DNA from: Verrucomicrobiota bacterium
GTDB taxonomy: Bacteria > Verrucomicrobiota > Verrucomicrobiia > Limisphaerales > JADJPG01
Assembly (NCBI GenBank): GCA_016713365.1
Contig: JADJPG010000006.1
Location: 52,443 to 116,442, forward strand
Length of the DNA: 64,000 nucleotides
Reading direction: 5' to 3'
The translations under genes were made by a program, and so were the position numbers. This document shows positions 1 to 10,885 of this stretch, piece after piece. Numbering within the stretch: position 1 is the first letter of the stretch; each line of letters begins with the position of its first letter. The notes under the pieces were generated by a model, which saw only the letters and a program-made list of their open reading frames with translations, ran no database searches and had not been told where the DNA came from.

Positions 1-1190
1 TGGAGAGATGGCCTTCGAGAATGTCGGCATTGAGGTCCGTGTGCTTCCGGCTTCGAACGGCTTTCACGAAGTTCTCGTAGTGGTCGGCGGCACCCTTCCA
101 TTCCTTGAGTTTGTTGCCTTCTTTGTCGTACGCGGTCGCGCTGGAGTAGTTCGGAACTACCACGATGCCACCTTCGCAGTGGATGATCACCGCCACGCTG
201 CCGCCAAGTTTGGCGGGAAACTTGTCCATATCGCCAGCGCCCCAGCCACCGTTCTTAATCGCAGCCTTGGTGGCGGGAAGTCCGCGCACTTCAAAAATAA
301 GCGGTGCCTTCGCGTAATCGTGATAAATCACCTGCGTGTTCGCGGTCTCGCCATCATCTTCGTAGCCAAGACGTCCGCCGGCACTGATGACCCGCGGGGA
401 AAGTTCGTTCACGCCGAGGAACCAACGGGCAATGTCCATCTGATGGATGCCCTGGTTGCCGAGATCGCCATTGCCGTAGTTCCAGATCCAGTGCCAGTCG
501 TAATGGAAGCGCTTGCGGCGGATCGGATCCATCGGCGCGGGGCCGCACCAGAGATCGTAATCCACTCCAGCCGGCACGGGCTGCGGAGCGTCCACTTTGC
601 CGATGCTCGGCCGGGGTTGTAGCAGAGTCCGCGGGCGACGGTGATCTTGCCAGGTTGCCGGCATTGACCCATTCCACCGCTTCCTTGATGGCGTGGCTCG
701 ATCGGCTTTGTGTGCCGGTCTGCACGATCTTCCCATACTTGCGGGCTGCTTCGACGATCTTGCGGCCCTCGAAAACATTGTGCGAAACCGGCTTCTCCAA
801 ATACACGTCCTTGCCCGCCTGCACCGCCCAGATGGCGCCGAGAGCATGCCAGTGATTCGGCGTGGCGATGGAAATAACGTCGATGTTCTTGCTGTCGAGC
901 AGGCGGCGGATGTCCTTGTGCGTCTCAACTGTTACGCCCTTGTCCTCCCACTTTTTCTTTTCGCCGCCGAGGATGACATCATCCACATCGCAGAGTCCCG
1001 CGATACGTGTCCCTTTGACTTTGGAGAGTCCGCCAAGATGATCTTTGCCGCGACCACCAAAACCGACGACAGCCACACGCACGTCGTCATTGGCGCTGGC
1101 GACCTGGGCCCAGGATTTCGCCGACCAACTGATCGTGGCCGTGGCGAGGGCAGCGGACTTGAAAAAGGAACGGCGATTGAGCTTTTTCAT
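1..1190 (-). CDS. Gfo/Idh/MocA-family oxidoreductase with Tat signal (C-terminus beyond window edge; two apparent 1-nt deletions)
   Basis: MKKLNRRSFFKSAALATA twin-arginine leader, VAVVGFGGRGKDH Rossmann motif, EKPVSHN. The frame must be shifted at ~650 (GG, expected GGG) and ~613-616 (C4 on coding strand). It then reads on through GKITVARGLCYNP.. and DYDLWCGPAPMDPIRRKRFHYDWHWIWNYGNGDLGNQGIHQMD.., open to nt 1. Confidence 0.85.
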
Positions 1191-1244
1191 AGCAGTAGAA
1201 TGGATAAGCAGACGGTCGGCTTTCGGTGAATGTTCAAGCGTGGG

Positions 1245-2234
1245 TTACTTACCCGCCACGTAGTCCTGATAGCGATCGGCCACTTTGCCCGCGATCTCGT
1301 CGCCGGCGTGGAGGTAGAACCGATACTTGAAAGTGACGCTTTTGCCGGCGGGAATCGTGATGTCGCCTGCGCCCTTGGGCTGCTTCTCAAAATCATGCAC
1401 CCCGAACGGATTCGCAGCGAAGAGGCCGTACTCGCGCACGTGCCACCACGTTGGATGCTTGGGGTTCGACGGATGATCGAAGATGGCCACACCGACCGTC
1501 TTGCCATCGACCGGGCCCGAATAATCGCACCAGGCGGCACGCTTGCCCCAGGCCTTTTCGTCGCCGCTACCGCTGCTGGTCACACCGCTGCTGAGCGCGA
1601 TCCGCCCCTTGCCGACTTTCGCCTTCTTCTCGCCCTTTTCTTTCGCCAACACACCGCGCATCGATTCGTTCACGCGAATTGCCATTGAACCTTCCTTGGT
1701 GTCGCCCAGCACGACGTCCCTGTCGCCGGCCTTCAGGGTGACTTCGAAGTCGAACAAACGCTCATGGTTGGCTCGGGTGAAAACGCGGAACGTGCGCTCA
1801 TCGGTCATCGTGACAGAACCATCGGGAGCGATCCATTTGTTGGCCGAGCGAATGACGCCGGAGTCTTTGCCGCTCTTCACCTCGAGAAACTTGTCGTGAA
1901 CGATCTTTCCCGCCTTCGGTGTTTCCGACCAGAAATCGACACCATTGACCAGTCCGTGAGAATACCAGAGCGAGCGATGATGCGGGTGATCCTTCTCTTC
2001 GCCCTCGACCTCTTTCATCGGCCAATTGCGCGTCATCGACGCTGCACCCGGGCCGATGAGCGGATAAAAGTAAACGTGCGGCGCGCCTTGAAAGCAGTAG
2101 TCCGTAAAGTGCTCACCATTGATCTCGATGCGCAGCTTGTCCGCCTGTTCGGTGATCTTCACGCCGTCGGCAGCAACAAGCGGAGACGAAAGAAGCGCGA
2201 CAAATCCAAGCGAGGTCAGCAATCGGTGGAACAT
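1245..2234 (-). CDS. DUF6807 / PmoA-like family protein (secreted)
   Basis: ORF 1245-2324. The likely start is MFHRLLTSLGFVALLSSPLVAADG (signal peptide) at 2234. Blocks HPHHRSLWYSHG, AAWCDYSG and FDHPSNPKHPTWWHVREYG are typical of the PmoA-like family usually found beside Gfo/Idh/MocA genes. Confidence 0.75.
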   Translation of the reverse strand: MFHRLLTSLGFVALLSSPLVAADGVKITEQADKLRIEINGEHFTDYCFQGAPHVYFYPLIGPGAASMTRNWPMKEVEGEEKDHPHHRSLWYSHGLVNGVDFWSETPKAGKIVHDKFLEVKSGKDSGVIRSANKWIAPDGSVTMTDERTFRVFTRANHERLFDFEVTLKAGDRDVVLGDTKEGSMAIRVNESMRGVLAKEKGEKKAKVGKGRIALSSGVTSSGSGDEKAWGKRAAWCDYSGPVDGKTVGVAIFDHPSNPKHPTWWHVREYGLFAANPFGVHDFEKQPKGAGDITIPAGKSVTFKYRFYLHAGDEIAGKVADRYQDYVAGK

Positions 2235-2421
2235 GCGACCATCGTTAAGAGAACGTCGCGGCGTGGTCAATGCGCAATCCACGGCGCATTTGCGCACGAG
2301 CAACGCGGCATCTGGTTTCAGCAACAGATGTGTAGTCGATCACCACCACCCATCCCTAGCTTCAGCAGCGAAGCTCGCAGTGTCAGACGCGGTCGTCAGA
2401 AAGCGAACGGTTATGTGCAGT

Positions 2422-2433
2422 CTGAATATTCAG
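2422..2433. promoter_or_regulatory. Perfect 12-bp palindrome CTGAATATTCAG in the divergent intergenic region upstream of the multihaem cytochrome
   Basis: Read directly from the sequence, ~100 nt upstream of ATG 2531. No regulator can be assigned. Confidence 0.25.
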
Positions 2434-2530
2434 CTTTTGCCAGTCAGCTTGCCTGCTGCGCCTGTATCTCTAAAGGATACAACCCCGACGGTGCTTCTCT
2501 TTCTTTAATCGACTCCTCGTGGAGGCCTCC

Positions 2531-4255
2531 ATGAAAACCAACCCATACCCATACTCATCATCCGAAACCAATCGACGAAACCTAATCGCGGCCACTCTCT
2601 GCGTGATCTGGCTGACTGCCGTCTCCGGAGTCGAAGGCCAGAGCCCGGGGTTCATCCTCGTCAAACCAACGCCCGGCGGCATCGATCCGCACCCTTTCAT
2701 CACCTCCATCACGGAGACTCAGGGCGGCATGCGCATTGAATGGTTCGGCTTCCAGGGACCGTATCAATTGGAACGCAAAGGTGCGCTCGATGCCTCCGCG
2801 TGGACCAATGTCGGCGCGGCCACAGACGGAAACGTCGCCACCGTTCCCAAGGGCGGCGCCGCAGCGTTTCACCGCATCAAAGGTGGTTTGCCGGCGTATC
2901 AAGGCGACGCGACTTGCGCCGAATGCCATGACTCGACCCACGCAAGCTGGTCGCAGACTCCCCACGCGCGGGCGTTCCAGACCTTGATCAACGCCGGACA
3001 GCAGAACAATCCCCAGTGCATCGCCTGTCACAGCGTCGGTGCCGGCGTGCCCAGCGGCTTCATCAACAACACCATCACGCCGCACTTTGCGAATGTTCAA
3101 TGCGAGAACTGCCACGGACCCGCCGGCAATCACATTGCTGAAGACCCGCCCGTCGCCTATCCGCTCGTGCTGAAATCCTCCATGCTCTGCGGCGGTTGCC
3201 ACAATGGATTCCATCATCCGACCTATGATGAGTGGACCAGTTCACCGCACTCCGCCGTCGTCGAAGAACTAGCCGAGGAATTCATGGTTACCAACCGGAC
3301 CTCCGCCGTTAACCGCATGAGCTCCTGCGGCGCGTGTCATTCCGGCGCCGTTCGTCTTGCGATGCTCAGCGCCGCCGCACGAACCGGCAATGCCCGCACC
3401 AATGTCGCCTGGCCGACCGGCGAAGAAGCTGCGCATACGCCCGTAGGCTGCATGGTCTGCCACAACGTTCATCAAGTCACCAAACGCACCAACGTGCTGA
3501 ACCTGGCCGTTTACACCAACTCGCTGCGGAATCCGATCTCCTCGACGAACGTCTTCTCGTACAACACCGGCACCAACTTCGCGTCGCAATACAACCCGAA
3601 CGTCAGCGTCTGCGGCCAGTGCCACAACGCTCGCGGAGCCACCGTCGGATCGAGCGGACGTCCGCCCCACTATTCGCCGCAGTACAATATCTTCCTTGGC
3701 GTCATCGGCGTGACGACGAACGCCACACCGCCGCAGGGTGCGCACAAGTCGAACCCCCTTCAATGCGCCGGCTGCCATACTCACGGCCACGGGGAAGCGA
3801 ACCCTTCGCCCACCGATCCGGCTTACACGGGCCATGCCTTCCGCGCGACGCCGCAGGCCTGCGCCGTGTGTCACACGGATACGACCGGACCTAATTCTCC
3901 GACCAACCTGCTCTTCAGCACGCAGTCGGAAATCAGTGGAATGATGACCACCACCAAAAACTTGCTGGACCTCTGGGCCAGCACCAAGAACACCAACAGC
4001 TGGGCATCGAAATACGAGGCACGCGGCTGGGAATACACGTCGCCGGGTGAACTCTCCAATCCGAGCGGCAGCACCACCATCACGGGCCCGACTGCCGCCG
4101 AGCAGGCGCAAATCCCGCAAGGAATCAAAGACGCACGGTTCAACCTCTACCTGATCTCAAGGGATAAGAGCTTGGGAATCCACAACGCGCCTTACACGCG
4201 CTACCTCCTGCAAGTTGCCCAACAACGGGTGAATGCAGAACTGGCGAAGCCGTAA
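2531..4255 (+). CDS. Multihaem c-type cytochrome (nine CxxCH motifs)
   Basis: Motifs CAECH, CIACH, CENCH, CGGCH, CGACH, CMVCH, CGQCH, CAGCH, CAVCH. N-terminal hydrophobic anchor. GGAGG lies 5 nt upstream of ATG 2531 (the ORF opens at GTG 2519). Confidence 0.9.
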   Translation: MKTNPYPYSSSETNRRNLIAATLCVIWLTAVSGVEGQSPGFILVKPTPGGIDPHPFITSITETQGGMRIEWFGFQGPYQLERKGALDASAWTNVGAATDGNVATVPKGGAAAFHRIKGGLPAYQGDATCAECHDSTHASWSQTPHARAFQTLINAGQQNNPQCIACHSVGAGVPSGFINNTITPHFANVQCENCHGPAGNHIAEDPPVAYPLVLKSSMLCGGCHNGFHHPTYDEWTSSPHSAVVEELAEEFMVTNRTSAVNRMSSCGACHSGAVRLAMLSAAARTGNARTNVAWPTGEEAAHTPVGCMVCHNVHQVTKRTNVLNLAVYTNSLRNPISSTNVFSYNTGTNFASQYNPNVSVCGQCHNARGATVGSSGRPPHYSPQYNIFLGVIGVTTNATPPQGAHKSNPLQCAGCHTHGHGEANPSPTDPAYTGHAFRATPQACAVCHTDTTGPNSPTNLLFSTQSEISGMMTTTKNLLDLWASTKNTNSWASKYEARGWEYTSPGELSNPSGSTTITGPTAAEQAQIPQGIKDARFNLYLISRDKSLGIHNAPYTRYLLQVAQQRVNAELAKP

Positions 4256-4314
4256 GGATCAATCAGCGGGCGCTGATCGCCCGCTGAACAGCCAACCACC
4301 AACGACTGGCGCAA

Positions 4315-4794
4315 CTAAGGTTGCGCCGGAGTTGGTGGTTCGGCTTTCCTGATGTGCTCGTGAATGCACGCGATCAGCGCCTCGACGCTTACAGGCTTCG
4401 CGAGGAACAGTTCGCCGCCGCTGTTCAATCCGCCCTCGCCCGCCTCCCGCTTCGAAACCGTCGCCGTCAGGAAGATGATCGGCGTATTCTTCAAATTTCG
4501 GTCACGCTTGATCTGCTTGGAAACGTCGCCGCCGTCCATGCTGGGCATAATCACGTCGAGCAGGATCAGGTCGGGCAAAAACTCCCGCGCCGTGGCGAGT
4601 GCGAACATCGCGCGATTCTCGACCCGCACCTCGAACTCGCCCGTCTTCTCCAGGTTCAGCTTCACCATCCGGGCGAAGCTGACTTCGTCATCAATGACGA
4701 GGACCTTCTTCTTTGCCGGAGCAGGGGCGGAAGGCGGCGTCGCTTCAGGCGCGGGCGCAGGCGTCGGCGTCGCATTCGATGTCACGTTTTCCAT
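4315..4794 (-). CDS. Single-domain response regulator (CheY-like receiver)
   Basis: KKKVLVIDDE, LILLDVIMPSMDG (phospho-acceptor Asp context), TPIIFLTA. Ala/Pro-rich N-terminal tail and no output domain. It starts 3 nt after the kinase stop. Confidence 0.9.
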   Translation of the reverse strand: MENVTSNATPTPAPAPEATPPSAPAPAKKKVLVIDDEVSFARMVKLNLEKTGEFEVRVENRAMFALATAREFLPDLILLDVIMPSMDGGDVSKQIKRDRNLKNTPIIFLTATVSKREAGEGGLNSGGELFLAKPVSVEALIACIHEHIRKAEPPTPAQP

Positions 4795-4796
4795 GG

Positions 4797-6815
4797 CTAG
4801 ACCTTAAACATAATGGTGGCAGCGACGCCACCTTCTTTACGATTTCGTATGTCCAAACTGCCTCCATGGAGTTCCACAATCTTCTTCGTCACGGAGAGCC
4901 CCAGGCCAGTCCCCTTACCCGTCTCCTTCGTCGTGAAGAACGGATCGAAAATATGCCTTAGCTTTTCCTCCGGAATTCCGCTGCCCGTGTCGATGACTTC
5001 CGCGATCACCACCGTCTCGCCCGCGCGAATCCGATCGGCCTCGCGGCTCCCGGCATCATGTTCCACCGCCCCCAGCACCCGGCAACTGGTGCGGACCGTC
5101 AACGTCCCGCCCGCCGGCGTCGCGTGGATCGCATTCATGAGGATGTTGACGAACACCTGCTTCATCTTGTTGCGATCAATCCACACCGGCGGCAGATCGC
5201 CCGCCAGCTCGCGCACCAGCTTCAGGCCCGCCTCATTCAAATCATGGCGCACAAACCCAATCGACTGTTCGAGCACCGCACTCAGATCCTCGGCGCGGGT
5301 ATCCAGCGCGTGCGGCACCGAGAAATCCAGCAACCCCATGATGATGCCGTCGGCGCGTTTGATCGCATCCATCATGTCCGAGAGGATCAACGCCACGTTT
5401 TCATCCGACGACTTCAGGTTCTGCGCGAGGTAATCCGTGCCCATGCGCAGGATGCCCAGCGGATTCTTCACCTCGTGCGCGACGCCGGCGGCCAGCCGTC
5501 CGATCGACTGCATCTTCTCCGCCTGGATGAGCTGAAACTGCGCTGACTTCACCTCCTCGTGCGACTGCTGAAGCTCCGTCAGCGTCCGCTGCAACTCGTC
5601 CTTGTTCCGCGCCAGTTCCGCATTCGCCTCGCGAATGGCTTCCACTGAAAGTTTTCTTTCGGTGATGTCACGGCTGATGCCGACCAATCCCGTGACCTTT
5701 CCATCCTTGCTGCGAATCGGAACCTTCGTTGTTGCGTGCCAGCGCTTGTTCCCGAGCCGGTCTTCCACGAGCTCCTCCCGATTGAGCAGCGCGAAGCCGG
5801 ATTGAATGACCCGCAGATCGTCGTTGGTGAACCGGTCGACCGCTTCCGCAGGAAAGAAATCTGAGACTCGCCTGCCCACCACCTGGCTTTCCGAATCCGC
5901 GCCCAGCCAGCGACGATGCGCAATGTTGTCGAGCAGGTAACGGCCTTCCGTGTCCTTCACGTAGATGTAGTCCGGAAGGTTGTCGATCAGGGACCGCAGC
6001 AAATTTCGCTCGGCATCGAGATGCTCCTCGATGCGCTTGATCTCGGTGATGTCGCGGCTGATGCCGAAGTTGCCGATCGTTTTGCCCTGCCGGTTCTTCA
6101 GCGGCAACTTGGACGTCAACGCCCACGTCACGCTGCCGTCCGGTAGAATCTCCCGCTCCACCTTGGCGAGAATCGGCTGCCCCGTCTCCATCACCTGGGC
6201 TTCGTCCCGCATCGCGATCTCCGCGTGTTCGGCGGAAAAGAAATCACGATCTGTCTTCCCCATCGCCTCGCGCGGATGCCCGATCTTGAACTGTTCCGTC
6301 ACCGCCTTGCTGATGCGAGTGAAGCGGCTCTGGTCATCCTTGAAATAAATCCGATCCGGCAGGTTATCCAGCAGCGTGTGCAAAAGGTCGCGCTCATGGG
6401 CCAGCGCCTCCTCCGCGCGTTTGCGCTCGATGGCGTAGCGCATGGCGTGAACGAGCAGACGCGTGTCCACGAACGCCTTCACGAGGTAATCCTGCGCGCC
6501 CTCCTGCACCGTCTCGATGGCGTGCTTCTCGTCATCGAGTCCGCTCATCACAATGATCGGAACCTGCGGCGCCGCAGCGTGGGCGCGCTTGAAGGTTTCC
6601 GCCATCGGACTGTCCGGCAGCGAAAGATCGAGCAGCACGAGATCAACTCCGCCCTGAGTCAAGCGGGCGAGTCCATCGGTGAGAGAGGTGACGTGTTCGA
6701 GTTCGAACTGCGCGCCGGCGGGGTCAGCCAAGTATTCGCGCATGAGCCGCGCGTCGCCCGGGTTATCCTCGATGAGGAGCACCTTGCGCTTTGCGTTGGA
6801 CTTGGACGCTTTCAC
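4797..6815 (-). CDS. Hybrid sensor histidine kinase (REC - 3x PAS-like - HisKA - HATPase_c)
   Basis: KVLLIEDNPGD..VDLVLLDLSLPD receiver, repeated PAS-like blocks, H-box AHEVKNPL, ATPase boxes NILMNAIHA, DTGSGIP, GTGLGLS. The ORF is open to 6953, but that would overlap the upstream gene. GTG 6815 is the first start clear of it, so the start is uncertain. Confidence 0.9.
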   Translation of the reverse strand: MKASKSNAKRKVLLIEDNPGDARLMREYLADPAGAQFELEHVTSLTDGLARLTQGGVDLVLLDLSLPDSPMAETFKRAHAAAPQVPIIVMSGLDDEKHAIETVQEGAQDYLVKAFVDTRLLVHAMRYAIERKRAEEALAHERDLLHTLLDNLPDRIYFKDDQSRFTRISKAVTEQFKIGHPREAMGKTDRDFFSAEHAEIAMRDEAQVMETGQPILAKVEREILPDGSVTWALTSKLPLKNRQGKTIGNFGISRDITEIKRIEEHLDAERNLLRSLIDNLPDYIYVKDTEGRYLLDNIAHRRWLGADSESQVVGRRVSDFFPAEAVDRFTNDDLRVIQSGFALLNREELVEDRLGNKRWHATTKVPIRSKDGKVTGLVGISRDITERKLSVEAIREANAELARNKDELQRTLTELQQSHEEVKSAQFQLIQAEKMQSIGRLAAGVAHEVKNPLGILRMGTDYLAQNLKSSDENVALILSDMMDAIKRADGIIMGLLDFSVPHALDTRAEDLSAVLEQSIGFVRHDLNEAGLKLVRELAGDLPPVWIDRNKMKQVFVNILMNAIHATPAGGTLTVRTSCRVLGAVEHDAGSREADRIRAGETVVIAEVIDTGSGIPEEKLRHIFDPFFTTKETGKGTGLGLSVTKKIVELHGGSLDIRNRKEGGVAATIMFKV

Positions 6816-6885
6816 TTTGGGCCGCGCGAAGTGTGGTTCACCGCAACGGAATTTCAACTGGGAACTTGGTAAAGCGCCCGCCCGC

Positions 6886-8431
6886 CTATTTACGGACGTT
6901 TTCCAGCAGCAGCAACGCGGCACCATTGGTCCGCCAGCTCTCGCGCTGCGCAAGTGACACCGGCACCGTCGTCGGCCCGCGCACGAAGGAACCGAGCACC
7001 ACGTCCGGGTCGCCGTCCCCGTCCACGTCCCCGGAATCCATCACCATCCAGCGACCGGCATTCTGCTCCGCCACCGTCGACGCCACGAACTTCATCGCCC
7101 CCTGATTCTCGAGATAAACAAAACTCTCCGGCATTGCGGCGTCGAACTCGGGATAATACGAGATCGCCGCAACATCGTAATCACCGTCGCCATCGAAATC
7201 GCGCGCCGTCGCCTTGTAAGCGCCGTGCATCGGATAAAACATCGCCTCGCGAAAACCATTCCGCCCGTCGTTGAGATAAAGTCGCACACCGTGATACGCC
7301 TTCGTCGGGAGCGCGAAGTCGCCGTTGTCGCCGTTGACCACCAGCAGAGTCCGTCTTGCCGTCCTTGTTGAAGTCCACCAGTTCAAACCCGACAAATCCC
7401 CACGACGGCGGTCGCTCCAGCCACGTCTCCATTTTGAATTCGTTCCGCCCCATGTTCAGGAACACGTGAATCGCTTCGCGCGCCTGCGCCGTCATCACGA
7501 TGATGTCCTGCCGCCCATCGCCATTGATGTCGCGCACCTCGGCTTGAATCGATCCCGGCCGCTCCAGCAGCACATGCTCGTCGTAGCCGCCGTCCTCCTT
7601 CGCCTCGAACCACGAGAAACGCCCGAGCCGGTTGCCGTAGGAACACACCACCAAATCCTCGCGGATGTCCGTGTTCAGATGCGCGACCATCGTGTTCACC
7701 GGACGCCGCAATCCGCTCGCAAGAACTTTTGCCGCGGACTCAGAGCCTTCCTTCGGGATGAACTCCACCACGCCTTCCTGCGCATCCGACGGAAACAGCC
7801 TTCCAATCTGCGTCACGATCAGCCCTTTGTCACCGACCGTCAGGCTCACCGGCCCGCTCTTCAATCGCATCCGGCTGATCAAACCGCCCTCCGCACCCAG
7901 CGCAAAGAGCTGCCCCGAAAACGCGTCGCCGAAGTAAATCCGTTTCGCCGCGGAATCAATCTTCACCATCGACGTCATAGGCGCGCTTTCGTGCGGATTC
8001 AGTTTCTTCACGCGAAACTGTTTCGAACCGACGGTCACCGGAGGCTTCGCGGGCGGAGGCACCGGACGGCTCGGCGCCAGCGCACGGTAGTAATCCCAAA
8101 TCGAGAACCATTCCTCCTCCGAAAGTAACGGCGCATTCGGAAACAGTGCCGCTTCCTGCAACAGCTTCCCGTCCTGCATGCCCTCGTAATCTACCCGTTC
8201 GATGCCCAGCCACTTCGCCATTTCTGGTTGCACATGGTGCGCCCACGCCGTCTTCGTCAGCAGATCCGGCTCCGGCAGGAGATGACACGCCGCGCAATAC
8301 TTCACCGCGTTATCGCGGCCCTTTTGCAGCGCGAGCGAAAGCGCCGGCGCCTTCGGATTCGTCCCCTGCCCCCACGCGCCACCAGCCGGCAGACACAGCG
8401 CAACCGCGGCGACGAGCAGGGTAAGTTTCAT
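6886..8431 (-). CDS. Secreted cytochrome-c-domain / FG-GAP (VCBS) repeat protein (one apparent frameshift near 7340)
   Basis: MKLTLLVAAVALCLPAGGAWGQ signal peptide and a CAACH haem motif. FG-GAP-like DINGDGRQD, DFNKDGKTD, DFDGDGDYD, DVDGDGDPD. Reading ..ELVDFNKDGKTD / LLVVNGDNGDFALP.. requires a frame change between ORFs 7181-8494 and 6886-7395. Confidence 0.75.
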
Positions 8432-8447
8432 TGGCGCGAGTCGTAGC

Positions 8448-9794
8448 TCATTTGCTCGCGGGCGGGAAGGCCGAATCGAAATTCGTCCGCACAAACGTCG
8501 GCTTCACCACAAACGTCACGAAGCGTGGACGTTGAAAGGCAAACGTCACATCGATCGATTGCGTGTCCGGGGCGAGTTCCATTCCCGCCACGTAATGCCC
8601 ATTCGGTCCCGTGTGCGGCCAGAGCGCGTAACCGTTGCCGAACTTCAGCTCGCGACCACGATTGTCCGTCACGCGCGCCAGCTCCACGCGCATTTCGGGC
8701 ACGGAGGAAGTGAAACGCAATCCAAGATCCGTCGTACGCAGATACCCGTTTTCCGCCGCGGATTGCAGCGACGCCGGCTTCAAGGTGAGTTGAGCTGCAA
8801 TGTCACCATGAATAGCGGCAACGAAGTTCGTCACGACAGCAGAGTTTGTCCGGCTCACTGGAACTTCACGCAACGTCCAGAGATCTGCCTCCGCATAACC
8901 CGATGTCCGAACAAACTCCGCCGTCAGGTTCCAATCCGGTTCATCCGGCCAGAGCACTTTGGAGAAGCCCGCCTCCAATCGTCCATTCCGGTTCGGCAGC
9001 CGCGTGTAGGGAACTGCGAAATAGTTGCTGGTCGCCCCGATGCACTCGATCCGCCGGATCATCCAGTTCGTCGATATCGCTCCGCCCTCGCGCACCTCGA
9101 ACGTCGCCGTCGTCCACGGAGCCAGCCCAGTTTCGGTCCCGCGTCTCCAAAGCGGAAGGTCCTGACCGCTTATCAGAGCCCGCAAAGTGAACATCACTCC
9201 ATCCGCCTCAACATTTGTCAGCGCAGCTTTCCCCAGCAGCAACGGCGTCGACCGATCAGGAACGTTCCGAACCGCAAGTCGACCAAGTGGATTCGGCCGA
9301 TAGGGAGGCGGTCGATGCCGGAAAAAGGGATTTCCAGATTCCGAGAGCGGCGCGGAAAGTTCTCAAACTTCCACGCGACCACGGTTTGTTGCTTGTCGTC
9401 CGTGGAGGTTGACTCGCTCGCGAGAAAAACAGGCTCCGACTCGAGTCCAGATTCCGACCGTATTGAAGCGTAGCGGTGGACGATTGCTGCCGTCGGTCAA
9501 CCACACTGTCCAGACCGCGATTGACGAATTCGTCGAGTAGTAGGCGTCGTAGGTGCGATATCCGAAACGCCGAGCGGCTCCGCCGCCGAATAGTCGCGCA
9601 ATCACCTTCGCGACGGGCGATGCAACGGTCAGTCTGTGAATGTTGCCGTAAGTCGTCGCGAGCAACGACACCTGCCTCCCATCCGCGAGAACCAAATCCG
9701 CCTGCGGTCCCGGCAAAAGCCACGCCAGGAACCCGGCAACCAACACGAACGCCATCGCCGCAAACCACCAGCGTTGCCAGACCGGCCGGTTCAT
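8448..9794 (-). CDS. Hypothetical membrane-anchored protein (at least two apparent indels)
   Basis: N-terminal TM MNRPVWQRWWFAAMAFVLVAGFLAWLL. Protein-like reading passes through three frames: ..RFNTV / ESGLESEPVFLASESTSTDDKQQTVVAWKFENF..NLEIPF / FRHRPPPYRPNPLGRLAVRNVP..LLLGKAALT... The second junction sits on the A5 run at 9312-9316. No family recognised. Confidence 0.5.
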
Positions 9795-10881
9795 GGCACC
9801 CGTCGCAAGTTCCGTCTCGCTTCGACCAGCAGTCTATTCAACCGCTGCGGCAGCTTCGCCGTGAGCGCGCGATACTCATGCATCCGCCGCGCCGCTTCCA
9901 CCAACACGCGAACCATGCCGAGCGCATCGGTGAGACTCACGAACTCTGCGGCAATGCGGCCGGCCGGATGGCAGTTGTGATAATTGCCAAGCGCCACGCA
10001 CACCGCCGCCGTTAGGTAGCCGAACTCCTGATACGCCGTCGCCTCGCACGTCCCGCCGAACATCAACGCGCGTTGATAACAAAAGCTCGAATCGGATGTT
10101 TGGATCCCCGCCGCCACTTCGGCGAGGAACCGCATCGCACCCGAATCGAACGTCGAAGCGCGGTCGCCGACGCGCAGGATCACGCCCCGCCCCATTTTGT
10201 CGGCGGCAGTTCCTTGCTCGTTTCGAGCGACACCACGAGCGCATCCGTCGGAATGAATTTCGACTTCGCGACTGTGAGCGCGCCTTGAAAGCCAACTTCC
10301 TCCGCCCGCGAGATCACGCCAATCACGTGTGCCCGCGCACGGGACAGCTTCAGCTCAATCAGTGTCGCAAGGATCGCCGCAACGCCGATCAAATCATCGC
10401 ATGAGCGGCCGTGAATTCGACCACTGCGAACCGCGAAGTCTTCCAGCTCCCATACCTCGAAATGAGGTGTCGACTCCGTTTTGCCGAGCGCACGATTCAC
10501 GATGAGCTCAAACTGCTTCTCCTTCCCGATGCGTTTACCAAGCCGTGCTGGAATCGCACCCGGCATCAACCGAACGGGAATGCCTGGCTTGAAATACGAA
10601 TCCGGCACACCGCCGTTGAACTGCGCCAGCCAGCGCCGGCCGCCGAGCGGTTTGAGAATCTCGAAACCAGGATGGTCCATGTGCGCCGCGAGCGCGATGG
10701 GCCGACCCGCCGACCGTGAACCGTAGGTCACGAGCACGTTGCCAAACGTGTCGCGCGCGAACCTCAATCCGTGCTCGGCACAAATCGCTTCCACTTCTGC
10801 GCGCACACCGTGCTCGTAAAACGGCGCGGCGGCACAGGACATCAGGCGGCGGGCGATGGCGGAGAATTCGTTCGCGTTCAT
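9791..10881 (-). CDS. M42/M20-type metallopeptidase-like hydrolase (one apparent 1-nt deletion)
   Basis: AAHMDHPGF, GRSCDDLIGVAAILATL, SRAEEVGFQGA, then after the shift GRGVILRVGD..MFGGTCEATAY. The junction ..ELPPTK/MGRGV.. lies on the T4 run at 10195-10198; one extra base restores the frame. Confidence 0.65.
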
Positions 10882-10885
10882 GGTG

